Assembly (NCBI GenBank): GCA_016715195.1 | Contig: JADKBB010000005.1 | Location: 30,053 to 94,052 of the forward strand | From: Candidatus Villigracilis proximus | GTDB taxonomy: Bacteria; Chloroflexota; Anaerolineae; Anaerolineales; Villigracilaceae | Length of the DNA stretch: 64,000 nucleotides | Direction of reading: 5' to 3' | In this document: positions 29,082 to 39,100 of the stretch, one piece after another | Layout of the letters: each line of letters starts with the position of its first letter | How positions within the stretch are numbered: the first letter of the stretch is position 1 | Program-made: the position numbers and the translations under genes | The notes under the pieces: model-generated | Databases searched by the model: none | The model's input: the letters and a program-made list of their open reading frames with translations, nothing else | What the model was told of the DNA's origin: nothing

Positions 29082-32000
29082 TTAAGGAATTGTGATGGTA
29101 TTGGGTGTCGACCAACTGCTCCAATTATTTGCCATGTCTTTTGCTCGAACGTGCCAAAAATAAATCCCTGCACGAACAGTAAAGATTTGATAGGTGGTGT
29201 CTTGTCTCAGCGAGCTCCATTCTGGGCTTGAAAAATCAGCATTATTATCAATTTCAATTTGATACCTGGTGGCGGTGCTAATTTTTTCCCAAATGAATTT
29301 TAATCTGGCATTTGCCTTGGTATTATTCGTTGGGCTGAGCAGGGCAGGCGGTGCAGGCGGAATTGTATCCACGATAAATGAATTACTTAAAGAGAACTTC
29401 CCGGGTTGGAGATTTGAGTTGTACGCACACACACGCCAATAATAAATTCCATCAGTCAATAGAACATTGCTGGTGTAGGATAATCCGCTCACAATCTGTC
29501 TGTTATTGATTTGCGAAAAATTATCATCTGCTGCGATCACGATCTCGTAGGCAACTGCGTCACGGACCTTTGCCCATGAAAAAACAAGTCCTGAATTGTT
29601 GGTTAAAAAATTACGTTGTGGTTCGCGCAAGGTGGGGGGCGAAAAATTAACTGGAGTTTTTGAAATCATAATCGTATCGCCATTCATGAAACTTCCATTT
29701 CCAAGGCCGCTGCCGCCCAATGTATTTATCGAAGAATTTACGATGCTGTCGTTGTCTAATAGATCAAGGCGGATCGTTCCAGTGCCGGCCCCGCTGTTTA
29801 CTGTGACGATATAGAACGGGTCAAAATTATTAACAGATTTAATCGAAGCATTGATGATATTGACTGTGCTTAAACTAAAATCTGAAGCGTCAACACCTGT
29901 TACTGATTCTGAGAATGTAACGATAAAGTCCACGCTGGATGCGCTTGACGGGCTGGAACTTGCGCGAGTGATGGACGTTACGCTTGGAGTGGATTTCTCA
30001 ATGGCGTAACTTTCTCCGTTTGTAAAATTCCCGTTTCCAGCGCCCGCCCCTCCCAGCTTGTTTCCTGCGGGGTCTGCAATACTGTCATCATCCAACAGAT
30101 CCAGGCGGATGATGCCTATTCCGTTTCCTGTGTTGACATTAACAATATAGAATGGGTCGGATGTGTTTATGGAATTGACGGATGCATCATTGATATTTAC
30201 AGCGCTCAGACTAAAGTCGGTTCCTTCCACGCCGGTAACTGATTCTGAAAAAGTGACAATGTAATCTACGCTGGAAAATGTGGATGGAGTTGTGCCAGCG
30301 CGAATTACGGATGTAACGATCGGCGCAGTTTTGTCAATTGCATAAGTTTCTCCGTTTGTAAAATTCCCGTTACTTATACCGGCATCGCCCAGTGGACAGT
30401 CAATTTTATTAATGATGCTGTCGTTGTCGATCAGGTCAAGACGAATATCTCCGTCTCCAAAACCTGTTTGGACGGAGACTGTGTAAGTATCGCCCGACCC
30501 GCTTACAGCTTGGAGTGAAACGGCATTAACGTCAATGGCAGATATTGAAAAATCGGAAATATCCACTCCGGTTACTGATTCAGAAAATTTAACGATAAAG
30601 TCCACACTGGCAGCATTGGATGGGTTGGAGTTGGCACGAACAATGGAAATGACACGCGGGATGGATTCTTCAATAGTGTAAATTTCATTATTAGGCATGC
30701 TGGATGCATCCAGCATGTTTCCTGCAAAGTCAGTAATGCTATTGTTGAGTGTCGGGTCAAGGCGGATCGTACCCGCGCCGTTTCCGGTATTAACGGTTAC
30801 AACGTATGAAGAATTTATACCGTTTATGCTGTTGATGCTCGCATTGTTGATATTGGTTGTGCTTAGTGTGAAGTCGGAAATATCCAACCCGAGAACGGGT
30901 TCTGAAAAATTGACAATGAAATTCACGCTTGCCGCACCGGAAGGGGAGGCGTCAGCGCGGATGATGCTTGTTATGCGCGGCGTAATTTTATCTATGGTGT
31001 AGGTTTCGCCATTCATAAAATTTCCATTGCCGATACCGGTGCCGCCGAGCTTGTTCTGATAATTATTGACGATGCTGTCGTTGTCTATCAGATCAAGGTC
31101 GAGCGTTCCATCGCCTGTGCCGGTGTTGACTGTGACGATGTAGTCTGCGCCGGATCCGTTTACATTCATTGTGGATGCGCCGCTGATGCCGATCGGGGTT
31201 AAGAGAAAGTCTGAAATATCCACGCCGGTTACAGATTCAGAAAAGCGAACCATGTAATCCACGCTTACTGCGTTTGCAGGGTTCGAGCCAGCGCGGACAA
31301 TGGATGTGCCACTTGGAATGATTTTGCTGATCGTATATTCATCTATTAGAAGATTGGCTCGGGTGAAAAATTGAAATTTTACAGATGTGTTATTCGCTTC
31401 GACACGCATTGCACCATAATCTTGATTGAAAAGAACCCGGCTTTCCGGAAGAGGTGACCCGAGGCTGTAAAGAGAATCTCCTCCCAGTCCATTTACAAAA
31501 TAGGGGATATCGTTGATTAAGAGTCTTTCATACAAATGATCATGTCCGCTTAAGACTGCATTCGCCCCCCAATCTTTGAAAGGCCATTGCATGTAACTTG
31601 TGGAACCATGTGTGCCGGATGAGTAGGGAGCATGGTGCAGGATAACAATATTGAATGGAGAGGTGGATGCGGCAAGTCCATTCTTTAACCATCGGGCTTG
31701 TTTACCTGTGGCTGAGGTTTCATCTGGTTCGTTGCGGTCACTGTCTAAAATAAAAAAATGAATTGAGCCGCCAACAAAATCATAATATCTTTCATTGCCA
31801 GGCAGTGTGAAGTAGTCAAGATAGGGTTTGATCCCATTGTTTCCCCAATCGTGGTTTCCCAGTGCCGGGAAAAATCGATTGGTGCTGGAGCCGTTTCCGT
31901 ACTTACCGGTGTAGCGGAATATATAGTCGTGGTAGTACTGGCCGATATTTTGATCTATGGTTTCAGCCAGTCCCTTTTCGTAATTATTATCTCCGACGGT

Positions 32001-32264
32001 CACAATAAAGTTTGGATTCCAACTTTTGACAAGATTCGCTACATCCTCTTCGTTTTGACTGGCGAGACCGTAATCTCCAATAACAGCAAAAACAATATTT
32101 TCTGTCTGTTGCTGATGGATCGTATTGTTAGCGTCTATAAATAAATTGTCATTATTAGAGGCGGAGACATTATGCACGGAAGTGGGCGCGAATGCGCTCA
32201 CAGTCAATATCAAAATCATCAGGATCAAGTATGGTAATCTGTGCTGTGTAAGAGAATTTTTCAT
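29082..32264 (-). CDS. Secreted calcineurin-like metallophosphoesterase with five ~110-aa Ig-like repeats and two FnIII-like domains
   Basis: Signal peptide; GDYG, GDNNY, GNHD, HH, GHDH; five FSE(S/P)V.G.D repeats containing RLD/DLD..DSI; WRV and WHVRA...WS.WS. Confidence 0.85.
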   Translation of the reverse strand: MKNSLTQHRLPYLILMILILTVSAFAPTSVHNVSASNNDNLFIDANNTIHQQQTENIVFAVIGDYGLASQNEEDVANLVKSWNPNFIVTVGDNNYEKGLAETIDQNIGQYYHDYIFRYTGKYGNGSSTNRFFPALGNHDWGNNGIKPYLDYFTLPGNERYYDFVGGSIHFFILDSDRNEPDETSATGKQARWLKNGLAASTSPFNIVILHHAPYSSGTHGSTSYMQWPFKDWGANAVLSGHDHLYERLLINDIPYFVNGLGGDSLYSLGSPLPESRVLFNQDYGAMRVEANNTSVKFQFFTRANLLIDEYTISKIIPSGTSIVRAGSNPANAVSVDYMVRFSESVTGVDISDFLLTPIGISGASTMNVNGSGADYIVTVNTGTGDGTLDLDLIDNDSIVNNYQNKLGGTGIGNGNFMNGETYTIDKITPRITSIIRADASPSGAASVNFIVNFSEPVLGLDISDFTLSTTNINNASINSINGINSSYVVTVNTGNGAGTIRLDPTLNNSITDFAGNMLDASSMPNNEIYTIEESIPRVISIVRANSNPSNAASVDFIVKFSESVTGVDISDFSISAIDVNAVSLQAVSGSGDTYTVSVQTGFGDGDIRLDLIDNDSIINKIDCPLGDAGISNGNFTNGETYAIDKTAPIVTSVIRAGTTPSTFSSVDYIVTFSESVTGVEGTDFSLSAVNINDASVNSINTSDPFYIVNVNTGNGIGIIRLDLLDDDSIADPAGNKLGGAGAGNGNFTNGESYAIEKSTPSVTSITRASSSPSSASSVDFIVTFSESVTGVDASDFSLSTVNIINASIKSVNNFDPFYIVTVNSGAGTGTIRLDLLDNDSIVNSSINTLGGSGLGNGSFMNGDTIMISKTPVNFSPPTLREPQRNFLTNNSGLVFSWAKVRDAVAYEIVIAADDNFSQINNRQIVSGLSYTSNVLLTDGIYYWRVCAYNSNLQPGKFSLSNSFIVDTIPPAPPALLSPTNNTKANARLKFIWEKISTATRYQIEIDNNADFSSPEWSSLRQDTTYQIFTVRAGIYFWHVRAKDMANNWSSWSTPNTITIP

Positions 32265-32403
32265 ACGCCTGCTTTTGTCCTTAAGAATGGCTTCAGTGTA
32301 TTACAGGTATGTTTTCATGGCATTGCGATACCGGATTAATTTCTTTTTTGTCATTCTGATGTGATTTGCGATAAATGTATGTATTTCGGCTGCGTGTAGA
32401 CAG

Positions 32404-32430
32404 AATATACTAGAAAAATATCATAAATAT
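32404..32430 (+). repeat. 27-bp direct repeat, copy 2
   Basis: AATATACTAGAAAAATATCATAAATAT, abutting the sufC -35. Confidence 0.8.
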
Positions 32431-32458
32431 TGACGTATTTGCCCAACCCTGCTATAAT
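32430..32458 (+). promoter_or_regulatory. Sigma70 promoter of the suf operon
   Basis: TTGACG-17 nt-TATAAT. Confidence 0.75.
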
Positions 32459-32534
32459 GCTGGAATATTGATAAAAACGCCAGTAATGGCTTACAAAGTA
32501 CCGCGTGAGCGGTGAATTCTCAGGAGCCCAAGGT

Positions 32535-33311
32535 ATGTCGCAACTTGAAATTAAGAACTTGCATGTAAGTATTGAAGGTAAGGAAATTCTCAAAGGTCTT
32601 TCGTTGACCATTAATCAAGGCGAAATTCACGCCATTATGGGGCCAAACGGCACAGGAAAATCTACCCTGGCTTATACATTGATGGGGCACCCCAACTACA
32701 CAGTTACTGAAGGTGAGATCATTTTGAAGGGCCAGAATGTTTTGGAACTTGAGCCCGATGAACGCTCCCGCGCTGGAATTTTCCTCGCGTTTCAGTACCC
32801 GGTCGCAATTCCGGGTGTGACCGTGGCTAACTTCCTGCGCACTGCGTTGAATGCCCGCCGTCGCGCTGTAAATCCTGAAGATAAGGGTATTTCCATTCTT
32901 GACTTCCGCAAAATGCTCAAGGAAAGAATGGATACACTTAAGATGGATCATGCCTTTGCCGGCCGTTATCTCAATGACGGTTTCTCTGGCGGTGAAAAGA
33001 AGCGCGCCGAAATTTTGCAGATGGCAACCCTCAAGCCCGAATTCGCTATTTTGGATGAGACCGACTCAGGCTTGGATATTGATGCGCTGCGTATCGTTTC
33101 AGAAGGCGTCAACGCTCTTGCTGGACCTGAATTGGGCGTGCTCGTCATCACACATTATCAGCGCCTGTTGAATTACATCAAACCCAATTTCGTTCACATC
33201 ATGTTGGATGGCCGCATTGTTGAATCTGGCGGCGCCGACCTTGCGTTACATCTCGAAGAGCAGGGTTATGACTGGGTGCGCGAGAAGTACGAAGAAACGG
33301 CTGAGGCCTAG
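32535..33311 (+). CDS. sufC: Fe-S assembly ATPase SufC
   Basis: [34 protein letters not shown]. Confidence 0.96.
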   Translation: MSQLEIKNLHVSIEGKEILKGLSLTINQGEIHAIMGPNGTGKSTLAYTLMGHPNYTVTEGEIILKGQNVLELEPDERSRAGIFLAFQYPVAIPGVTVANFLRTALNARRRAVNPEDKGISILDFRKMLKERMDTLKMDHAFAGRYLNDGFSGGEKKRAEILQMATLKPEFAILDETDSGLDIDALRIVSEGVNALAGPELGVLVITHYQRLLNYIKPNFVHIMLDGRIVESGGADLALHLEEQGYDWVREKYEETAEA

Positions 33312-33376
33312 ACTCTCTTATTAAACGGTAGCAGTTTGAAGGTCCGCTTGAAGCGGGTCTTCATCAGATATAAAAA

Positions 33377-34816
33377 ATGGTGAACCCAATGGCTGAAGAT
33401 ACCAAGTTGAATGAAGACACCAAGATCCTCGATGAAATTGGTGATTATAAATATGGTTTTCATGACCGCGACGATAACTATGTGTTCAAATCTGAAAGAG
33501 GTTTGAGCCGTGAAGTTGTAGAAAATATTTCACGCATGAAAAAAGAGCCGCAGTGGATGCTCGATTTTCGTTTGAAGGCGCTGGAGCATTATCTTTCACG
33601 CCCCATGCCCAACTGGGGACCTGACGTTTCAAACCTTGATCTTGACAATATTTTTTACTACGTCAAGCCGACCGAGAAAAGCGAAAAGAATTGGGACGAT
33701 GTTCCCGATGATATCAAGAATACTTTCAACAAATTAGGCATTCCCGAAGCCGAGCAGAAATTTTTGGCGGGCGTGGGCGCTCAATATGAATCAGAAATGG
33801 TTTATCACTCCATTTTGGAACATCTTGAAAAACAAGGTGTGATCTTCCTTTCGATCGAAGACGGCCTCAAACAATATCCTGATCTATTCAAGGAATATTT
33901 CGGCACGGTGGTTCCGATCGAAGATAATAAATTTGCGGCGTTGAATAGCGCGGTTTGGTCGGGCGGTTCATTCGTTTATATTCCGAAAGGCGTGAAGGTT
34001 GACCTTCCGCTTCAGGCGTATTTCCGTTTGAACACTGCCAATGTTGGTCAGTTTGAGCGCACACTTATAATTGTGGATGAAGGCGCTTCAGTGCATTATG
34101 TTGAAGGCTGTACTGCTCCGCAATATACAACCAACTCTTTCCACTCAGGTGTGATTGAGATCGTGGTGAAGAAGGGCGCTCGTTCACGTTATTCGACCAT
34201 TCAAAACTGGTCAACCAATGTTTTCAACCTTGTGACGCAACGCGCCATGGTTTTTGCAGATGCCTCTCATGAATGGGTCGATGCGAATCTCGGCTCGAAA
34301 CTCACCATGAAATACCCCTCCTGCTATTTGATGGAACCCGGCGCACGCGGCGAAATGCTTTCGATGGCATTCGCAGGCCCCGGTCAGGTTCAGGATGCAG
34401 GTTCGAAGATGGTGCATTTCGCGCCAAATACAACCAGCAAGATCACATCCAAGTCGATCAGCAAAGGCGGCGGACGTGCTTCTTATCGTGGTTTGGTGAA
34501 AGTTTATAAGGGCTCCAAAGGTGTCAAATCGAATGTGGTGTGTGATGCGCTTTTGCTTGATCCCAAATCCCGCTCCGATACATATCCATCGATTGAAATT
34601 GACGAAGATGATGTCACCATCGGTCACGAGGCTTCGGTCTCCAAGGTTGGCGAAGAGCAGCTTTTCTATCTTATGTCTCGCGGCTTGAGTGAAGAAGAAG
34701 CCACCGGTATGGTTGTCTCTGGTTTCATTGAACCACTGGTCAAAGAATTGCCGATGGAATATGCGGTTGAAATGAATAGATTAATTCAATTACAAATGGA
34801 GGGGTCAATCGGATAG
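33377..34816 (+). CDS. sufB: Fe-S assembly scaffold SufB
   Basis: [32 protein letters not shown]. Confidence 0.96.
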   Translation: MVNPMAEDTKLNEDTKILDEIGDYKYGFHDRDDNYVFKSERGLSREVVENISRMKKEPQWMLDFRLKALEHYLSRPMPNWGPDVSNLDLDNIFYYVKPTEKSEKNWDDVPDDIKNTFNKLGIPEAEQKFLAGVGAQYESEMVYHSILEHLEKQGVIFLSIEDGLKQYPDLFKEYFGTVVPIEDNKFAALNSAVWSGGSFVYIPKGVKVDLPLQAYFRLNTANVGQFERTLIIVDEGASVHYVEGCTAPQYTTNSFHSGVIEIVVKKGARSRYSTIQNWSTNVFNLVTQRAMVFADASHEWVDANLGSKLTMKYPSCYLMEPGARGEMLSMAFAGPGQVQDAGSKMVHFAPNTTSKITSKSISKGGGRASYRGLVKVYKGSKGVKSNVVCDALLLDPKSRSDTYPSIEIDEDDVTIGHEASVSKVGEEQLFYLMSRGLSEEEATGMVVSGFIEPLVKELPMEYAVEMNRLIQLQMEGSIG

Positions 34817-34820
34817 AGAT

Positions 34821-34878
34821 GTCAAAAGTCAAAGGTCACAAGTCCGTGATCTTTGACCTTCGACTTTCGACCTTTGAC
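34821..34878. repeat. Heptamer-periodic inverted repeat (GTCAAAG / CTTTGAC) in the sufB-sufD spacer
   Basis: gtcaaaa-gtcaaag-gtcacaa-gtc ... ctttgac-cttcgac-tttcgac-ctttgac. Confidence 0.7.
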
Positions 34879-34890
34879 GCTTGTCTTTTA

Positions 34891-36228
34891 ATGCAAGAAA
34901 AACCAAAAGTATCTGTTACTCGAACACGACGTGATTCTGCCGCGAAGGATTTTTCTTTCACGGCTGATTCCATTCCAGCCGGCGGACTGAAAGATGTCCG
35001 CGCGAAGGCTTGGGATGCGTTTACAAAATTTTCCATGCCCATCACTACCGATGAAGCCTGGCGCCGTACCGACTTAAGATTATTGCCCGCATCTGATTTC
35101 AAGATTCCGAAAGAAGGCGCTTTTGAAGATTTGCCGGTCGTGCCTGAGAGTCTGCTTAAACCATTGACTGGTGAACAACACGGCGGACAGATCACCCTTC
35201 TGCCCGGCGGTTCACGTGTGGACCTTGATCCTGATCTGGTCTCGAAGGGCGTGATCTTCACTGACATCCGCACCGCAGAGCGCGAACATACTGAGTTACT
35301 CAATAAATTGATCGGCACCATTGTCAAACCTGAAGATGGAAAATTTGCCGCGCTGGCTTCTGCTCTTGCTGGGAATGGCGTGTTGTTGTATGTTCCAAAG
35401 AACGTGCAAGTGGAAACTCCGCTTCACTCTGTGCTTTGGGGACCCGGCACTGATCTGGCGCATTTCTCACATTTGATCGTCTATGTGGAAGATGGCGCTT
35501 CGGTAACGTATGTTCACGAAGCAGCTTCACCCAATGAGATGGGTCATGCCATGCACGCAGGAATCGTTGAAATTCATGTCGGCAAAGATGCCAATCTGCG
35601 CTTTGTGGAATTGCAATCATGGGGACGTCACGTGTGGAATTTCTCTCACGAGCGTGCCCGTGTTGAACGCGGCGGCAATCTGGATTGGATCTTCGGTGCA
35701 GTGGGTTCACGTTTAACCAAGAACTTCTCAGACCTGGATCTGGCTGGCGAAGGCTCAGTTGGACGTATGTCTGGTTTCTATTTCACTGATGGCACCCAGC
35801 ACCTTGACCATGATACACAACAGAATCATCTTGCTCCTCACACCACCAGTGACTTATTGTTCAAAGGTGCGTTGAAGGGCAAGAGTCGCTCTGTGTGGCA
35901 GGGCATGATCTATGTGGCTCCCGGCGCACAAAAGACTGATGGATATCAGGCGAATCGCAATTTGATTCTCGATGAGCAGGCTCGCGCAGATTCGATTCCC
36001 GGCCTTGAGATTCTCGCGGACGATGTCCGCTGTACACATGGCGCAACAGTAGGTAAATTGGAAAAAGAGCCGCTGTTTTATCTCAAGAGTCGCGGTATTC
36101 CGCAGGCAGAAGCAGAGCGTTTGGTCGTTGAAGGCTTTTTTGATCCGATTATGCAGCGTATCCCGTTTGAAGGCGTGCGTGAAAGATTTCAACAGGCAAT
36201 TCAGGATAAATTGTCTGTAGATAAATAG
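34891..36228 (+). CDS. sufD: Fe-S assembly protein SufD
   Basis: EAWRRTD, PGLEILADDVRCTHGATVG, FYLKSRGI. Confidence 0.94.
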   Translation: MQEKPKVSVTRTRRDSAAKDFSFTADSIPAGGLKDVRAKAWDAFTKFSMPITTDEAWRRTDLRLLPASDFKIPKEGAFEDLPVVPESLLKPLTGEQHGGQITLLPGGSRVDLDPDLVSKGVIFTDIRTAEREHTELLNKLIGTIVKPEDGKFAALASALAGNGVLLYVPKNVQVETPLHSVLWGPGTDLAHFSHLIVYVEDGASVTYVHEAASPNEMGHAMHAGIVEIHVGKDANLRFVELQSWGRHVWNFSHERARVERGGNLDWIFGAVGSRLTKNFSDLDLAGEGSVGRMSGFYFTDGTQHLDHDTQQNHLAPHTTSDLLFKGALKGKSRSVWQGMIYVAPGAQKTDGYQANRNLILDEQARADSIPGLEILADDVRCTHGATVGKLEKEPLFYLKSRGIPQAEAERLVVEGFFDPIMQRIPFEGVRERFQQAIQDKLSVDK

Positions 36229-36245
36229 CAGGATAGAAATGCAAG

Positions 36246-36280
36246 ACCATCCTGTAAATCATCAATTTGCAGGATGGTCA
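36246..36280. terminator. Stem-loop after sufD
   Basis: GACCATCCTG(T)AAAT...ATTTGCAGGATGGTC. Confidence 0.5.
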
Positions 36281-36376
36281 TTAACCGCCAGCGAGGATTA
36301 AGCTGAAGGGTTGCAGCAACTACCAGTTAAGAAAGAGGCGGAGGGCGTCTCTATAATCCAAGATAGGATGTGTGTC

Positions 36377-37015
36377 ATGGCTGTGAAACCGAAAGTCAAA
36401 TTGAAGGCGAAGATCAAGGCGAGACCAAAGTCAACTGGCAAATCCAAAGTGGCGGTAAAAGTTAAAGTTGCAAAAAAAATAATCTTAAAACCTGCTAAAA
36501 AAGAAAAACCAATAAGGAAATTAATGACAAAACCCAGTACTGTAAAAGAAAGACCTTCCTCTGCATTAATTGTAAAGCCGGAAGCTATTGTTGAAGCGCC
36601 TGTTGCTGTGAAAACAAAATTGGTTGCGCCTGCCAAGGCTGTGGTTCCGCTCGTGAAGCGCCCGCTTAATCCATTGGTTGAGCGACGTCGTCCGGCAAAA
36701 CGTTCGACGCGTGGCAATCAATTTAACTTTATGAAAGCGCCGGAGCTTGAAAGTGCATTTGAAGTAGGCGATACTGTTGAGGTGTTTTGCGATCACGATA
36801 AGAACAAGGAACGCATTCGCGGTTGGATCAAGGGAATTGTGGTGCAGGTGGATCATAAAATGGTTGCTGTACAATTCCGCTCCAATGTTTATTTGACCGA
36901 CGGCTGGATGGTTCCGGATCGCATTCTTTGGTATCCGGTAAATTCAGAACATATTCGCGCCGTGGCCGGTAAGAAAGTTGTCAAGGATAAAAGAGATTTC
37001 ATTCCAGATTATTAG
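36377..37015 (+). CDS. Protein with a Lys/Ala/Pro-rich (histone H1-like) N-terminus and a Tudor/Agenet/SH3-like C-terminal domain
   Basis: About 110-aa basic low-complexity tail, then FEVGDTVEV...GWIKGIVVQVD...VAVQF...HIR. TATAAT at 36352. Confidence 0.7.
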   Translation: MAVKPKVKLKAKIKARPKSTGKSKVAVKVKVAKKIILKPAKKEKPIRKLMTKPSTVKERPSSALIVKPEAIVEAPVAVKTKLVAPAKAVVPLVKRPLNPLVERRRPAKRSTRGNQFNFMKAPELESAFEVGDTVEVFCDHDKNKERIRGWIKGIVVQVDHKMVAVQFRSNVYLTDGWMVPDRILWYPVNSEHIRAVAGKKVVKDKRDFIPDY

Positions 37016-37018
37016 TTG

Positions 37019-37058
37019 ACAAGTACACAGGCAGCCATGTGGCTGCCTGTGTACTTGT
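37019..37058. terminator. Perfect 19-bp hairpin before sufS
   Basis: ACAAGTACACAGGCAGCCA-TG-TGGCTGCCTGTGTACTTGT. Confidence 0.6.
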
Positions 37059-37077
37059 TTTCTTGTGTGTAGACCCC

Positions 37078-38304
37078 ATGAAACTAGATGTAACGAAAAC
37101 CCGAAAAGATTTTCCCATTCTTGAGCGTGAAGTGCGCCCGGGAGTACGATTGACATATTTGGATTCCACGGCCACTTCACAGAAGCCTTTGTCTGTGATT
37201 CAGACGATGGATGATTTTTATCGCATGTCTAATGCAAATATTCATCGCGGTGTGCATTCGCTTGCAGAAGAATCGACTACATTGTATGAAGGTGCGCGCG
37301 AAAGAATTGCAAAATTTATCAACTCAGCTTCGGCGCGGCAGGTGATCTACACGCGCAATACAACCGAGTCCATTAATTTGGTCGCGTATAGTTGGGCGCG
37401 TGCAAATCTAAAACAAGGCGACCTTGTCATTTTGACCGAGATGGAACACCACAGCAATCTTGTTCCGTGGCACATGCTTCAGGCCGAGCGTGGGATTGAA
37501 TTGGATTTTGTCCCTGTGACAGAAGACGGTTTGCTGGATATGGAGACGTATAAAACGCTTCTTTCCCGAAGCCCGAAGCTGGTCTCGTTTACACACATGT
37601 CCAACGTCCTCGGCACGATCAACCCTGCTGCTGAGATCATTCGACTCGCCCATGCAGCAGGTGCCATTACACTGGTGGATGGCGCACAGTCTGCTCCGCA
37701 CTTGCAGGTGGATGTGCAGGATCTTGACGCAGACTTTTTTGCTTTTTCAGCACACAAGATGTGCGGTCCAACTGGCATTGGTGTGTTGTATGGCAAGGCT
37801 GCACTGCTTGAATCCATGCCCCCGTTTTTGGGTGGCGGCGATATGATCAGAGAAGTGAAATTACGCTCGTTTCGCGCAAATTCACTTCCTCATAAATTTG
37901 AAGCAGGGACGCCCGCCATTGCTGAGGCGATCGGCTTTGGTGCAGCAGTGGATTATCTGGCAACTCTCGGTATGGAAAATATTGCTGCGCACGAGCATGA
38001 GGTTACTGAATACGCCCTGGAACGCCTGGAAGAAATCCCCGGCGTAAAATTATTTGGCCCATCTGCGGATAAAAAAGGCGGGGTGGCTGCTTTTACTCTC
38101 GATGGGATACATCCGCATGATGTGGCGCAGATATTGGATCAGGATGGGATCGCCGTGCGGGCGGGTCATCATTGTGCGCAACCTTTACATGAAAAGTTTG
38201 GAATTCCCGCCACCAGTCGTGCTTCTTTCTATTTGTATAACACAAAAGAGGAAGTGGATATGCTCGTGAACGGAATTTATAAAGTTAAAAAGATGTTTGG
38301 GTAA
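37078..38304 (+). CDS. sufS: Cysteine desulfurase SufS
   Basis: YLDSTATSQKP, SAHKMCGPTG, RAGHHCA. Confidence 0.96.
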   Translation: MKLDVTKTRKDFPILEREVRPGVRLTYLDSTATSQKPLSVIQTMDDFYRMSNANIHRGVHSLAEESTTLYEGARERIAKFINSASARQVIYTRNTTESINLVAYSWARANLKQGDLVILTEMEHHSNLVPWHMLQAERGIELDFVPVTEDGLLDMETYKTLLSRSPKLVSFTHMSNVLGTINPAAEIIRLAHAAGAITLVDGAQSAPHLQVDVQDLDADFFAFSAHKMCGPTGIGVLYGKAALLESMPPFLGGGDMIREVKLRSFRANSLPHKFEAGTPAIAEAIGFGAAVDYLATLGMENIAAHEHEVTEYALERLEEIPGVKLFGPSADKKGGVAAFTLDGIHPHDVAQILDQDGIAVRAGHHCAQPLHEKFGIPATSRASFYLYNTKEEVDMLVNGIYKVKKMFG

Positions 38305-38307
38305 ATT

Positions 38308-38703
38308 ATGGACGATCTCTATCGTGAAGTAATTATTGAGCATTACAAAAATCCTTCTCATCGCGGAAAACTTGATCCGCACGATATTTCGTTTGCTGAT
38401 AATAATCCACTCTGCGGCGATCACATCCAGATTGATTTGCGCGTAGGCGCTGACGGGGTTGTGACTGACGCCCGCTTTGATGGTCACGGATGTGCCATTT
38501 CACAGGCTTCAGCAGATCTATTAATGGAATTTATTATCGGCAAACCGCTTGAAGAAGTGAAGAAACTTAATAAAGAATCGGTTCTCGAATTGCTTGGTAT
38601 TGACCTTGGCCCTGTCCGTTTGAAGTGTGCGCTGCTTTCGTTGAAAGTTTTGAAGGCTGGTGTGTACGGATTGGGAGAAGCCAGCGATGATCTGGTGGAG
38701 TGA
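38308..38703 (+). CDS. sufU: SufU (IscU-like) sulfur acceptor
   Basis: NPLCGD, GCAISQAS, RLKCALL. Confidence 0.93.
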   Translation: MDDLYREVIIEHYKNPSHRGKLDPHDISFADNNPLCGDHIQIDLRVGADGVVTDARFDGHGCAISQASADLLMEFIIGKPLEEVKKLNKESVLELLGIDLGPVRLKCALLSLKVLKAGVYGLGEASDDLVE

Positions 38704-38708
38704 GGAAT

Positions 38709-39056
38709 ATGTTTAACTATAAAGTTGTTGATGAATCAAAGATCGATTTCGTGGAAATTGCCCCGGCTTCAGAGCTCCCTAATGGAGAACGCTTATTTGT
38801 TGAGCTTGGCGATAAACCGGTTGTCATCTTCAATATTGCAGGACAGTATTTTGCAATTGGTGATATTTGCACGCATGATGACGGTCCGTTGGGTGACGGG
38901 GTACTCGAAGGTGACAATATCGTTTGTCCACGCCACGGGGCTGAGTTTGATATAAAGACAGGGAAGGCCATGGCCATGCCCGCTGTGATAGATATCCCTG
39001 CATATCCCGTGCAGATACGGGACGGGACTATTTTTGTTGGCATATTAAAGGAATAG
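38709..39056 (+). CDS. Rieske-type ferredoxin
   Basis: CTH...CPRHGAEFD. Confidence 0.9.
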   Translation: MFNYKVVDESKIDFVEIAPASELPNGERLFVELGDKPVVIFNIAGQYFAIGDICTHDDGPLGDGVLEGDNIVCPRHGAEFDIKTGKAMAMPAVIDIPAYPVQIRDGTIFVGILKE

Positions 39057-39062
39057 ATCACA

Positions 39063-39089
39063 AAAAATGCTCCCAAACGGGAGCGTTTT
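39063..39089. terminator. Bidirectional terminator
   Basis: AAAATGCTCCC-AAAC-GGGAGCGTTTT. Confidence 0.7.
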
Positions 39090-39100
39090 ATATTTATAGA

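Noticed and set aside
29670-31320. Recurring DNA repeats about 330 bp apart, considered as a CRISPR or tandem array
   Set aside because: They are degenerate coding repeats of the Ig-like domain, with no constant repeat-spacer structure and no cas genes.
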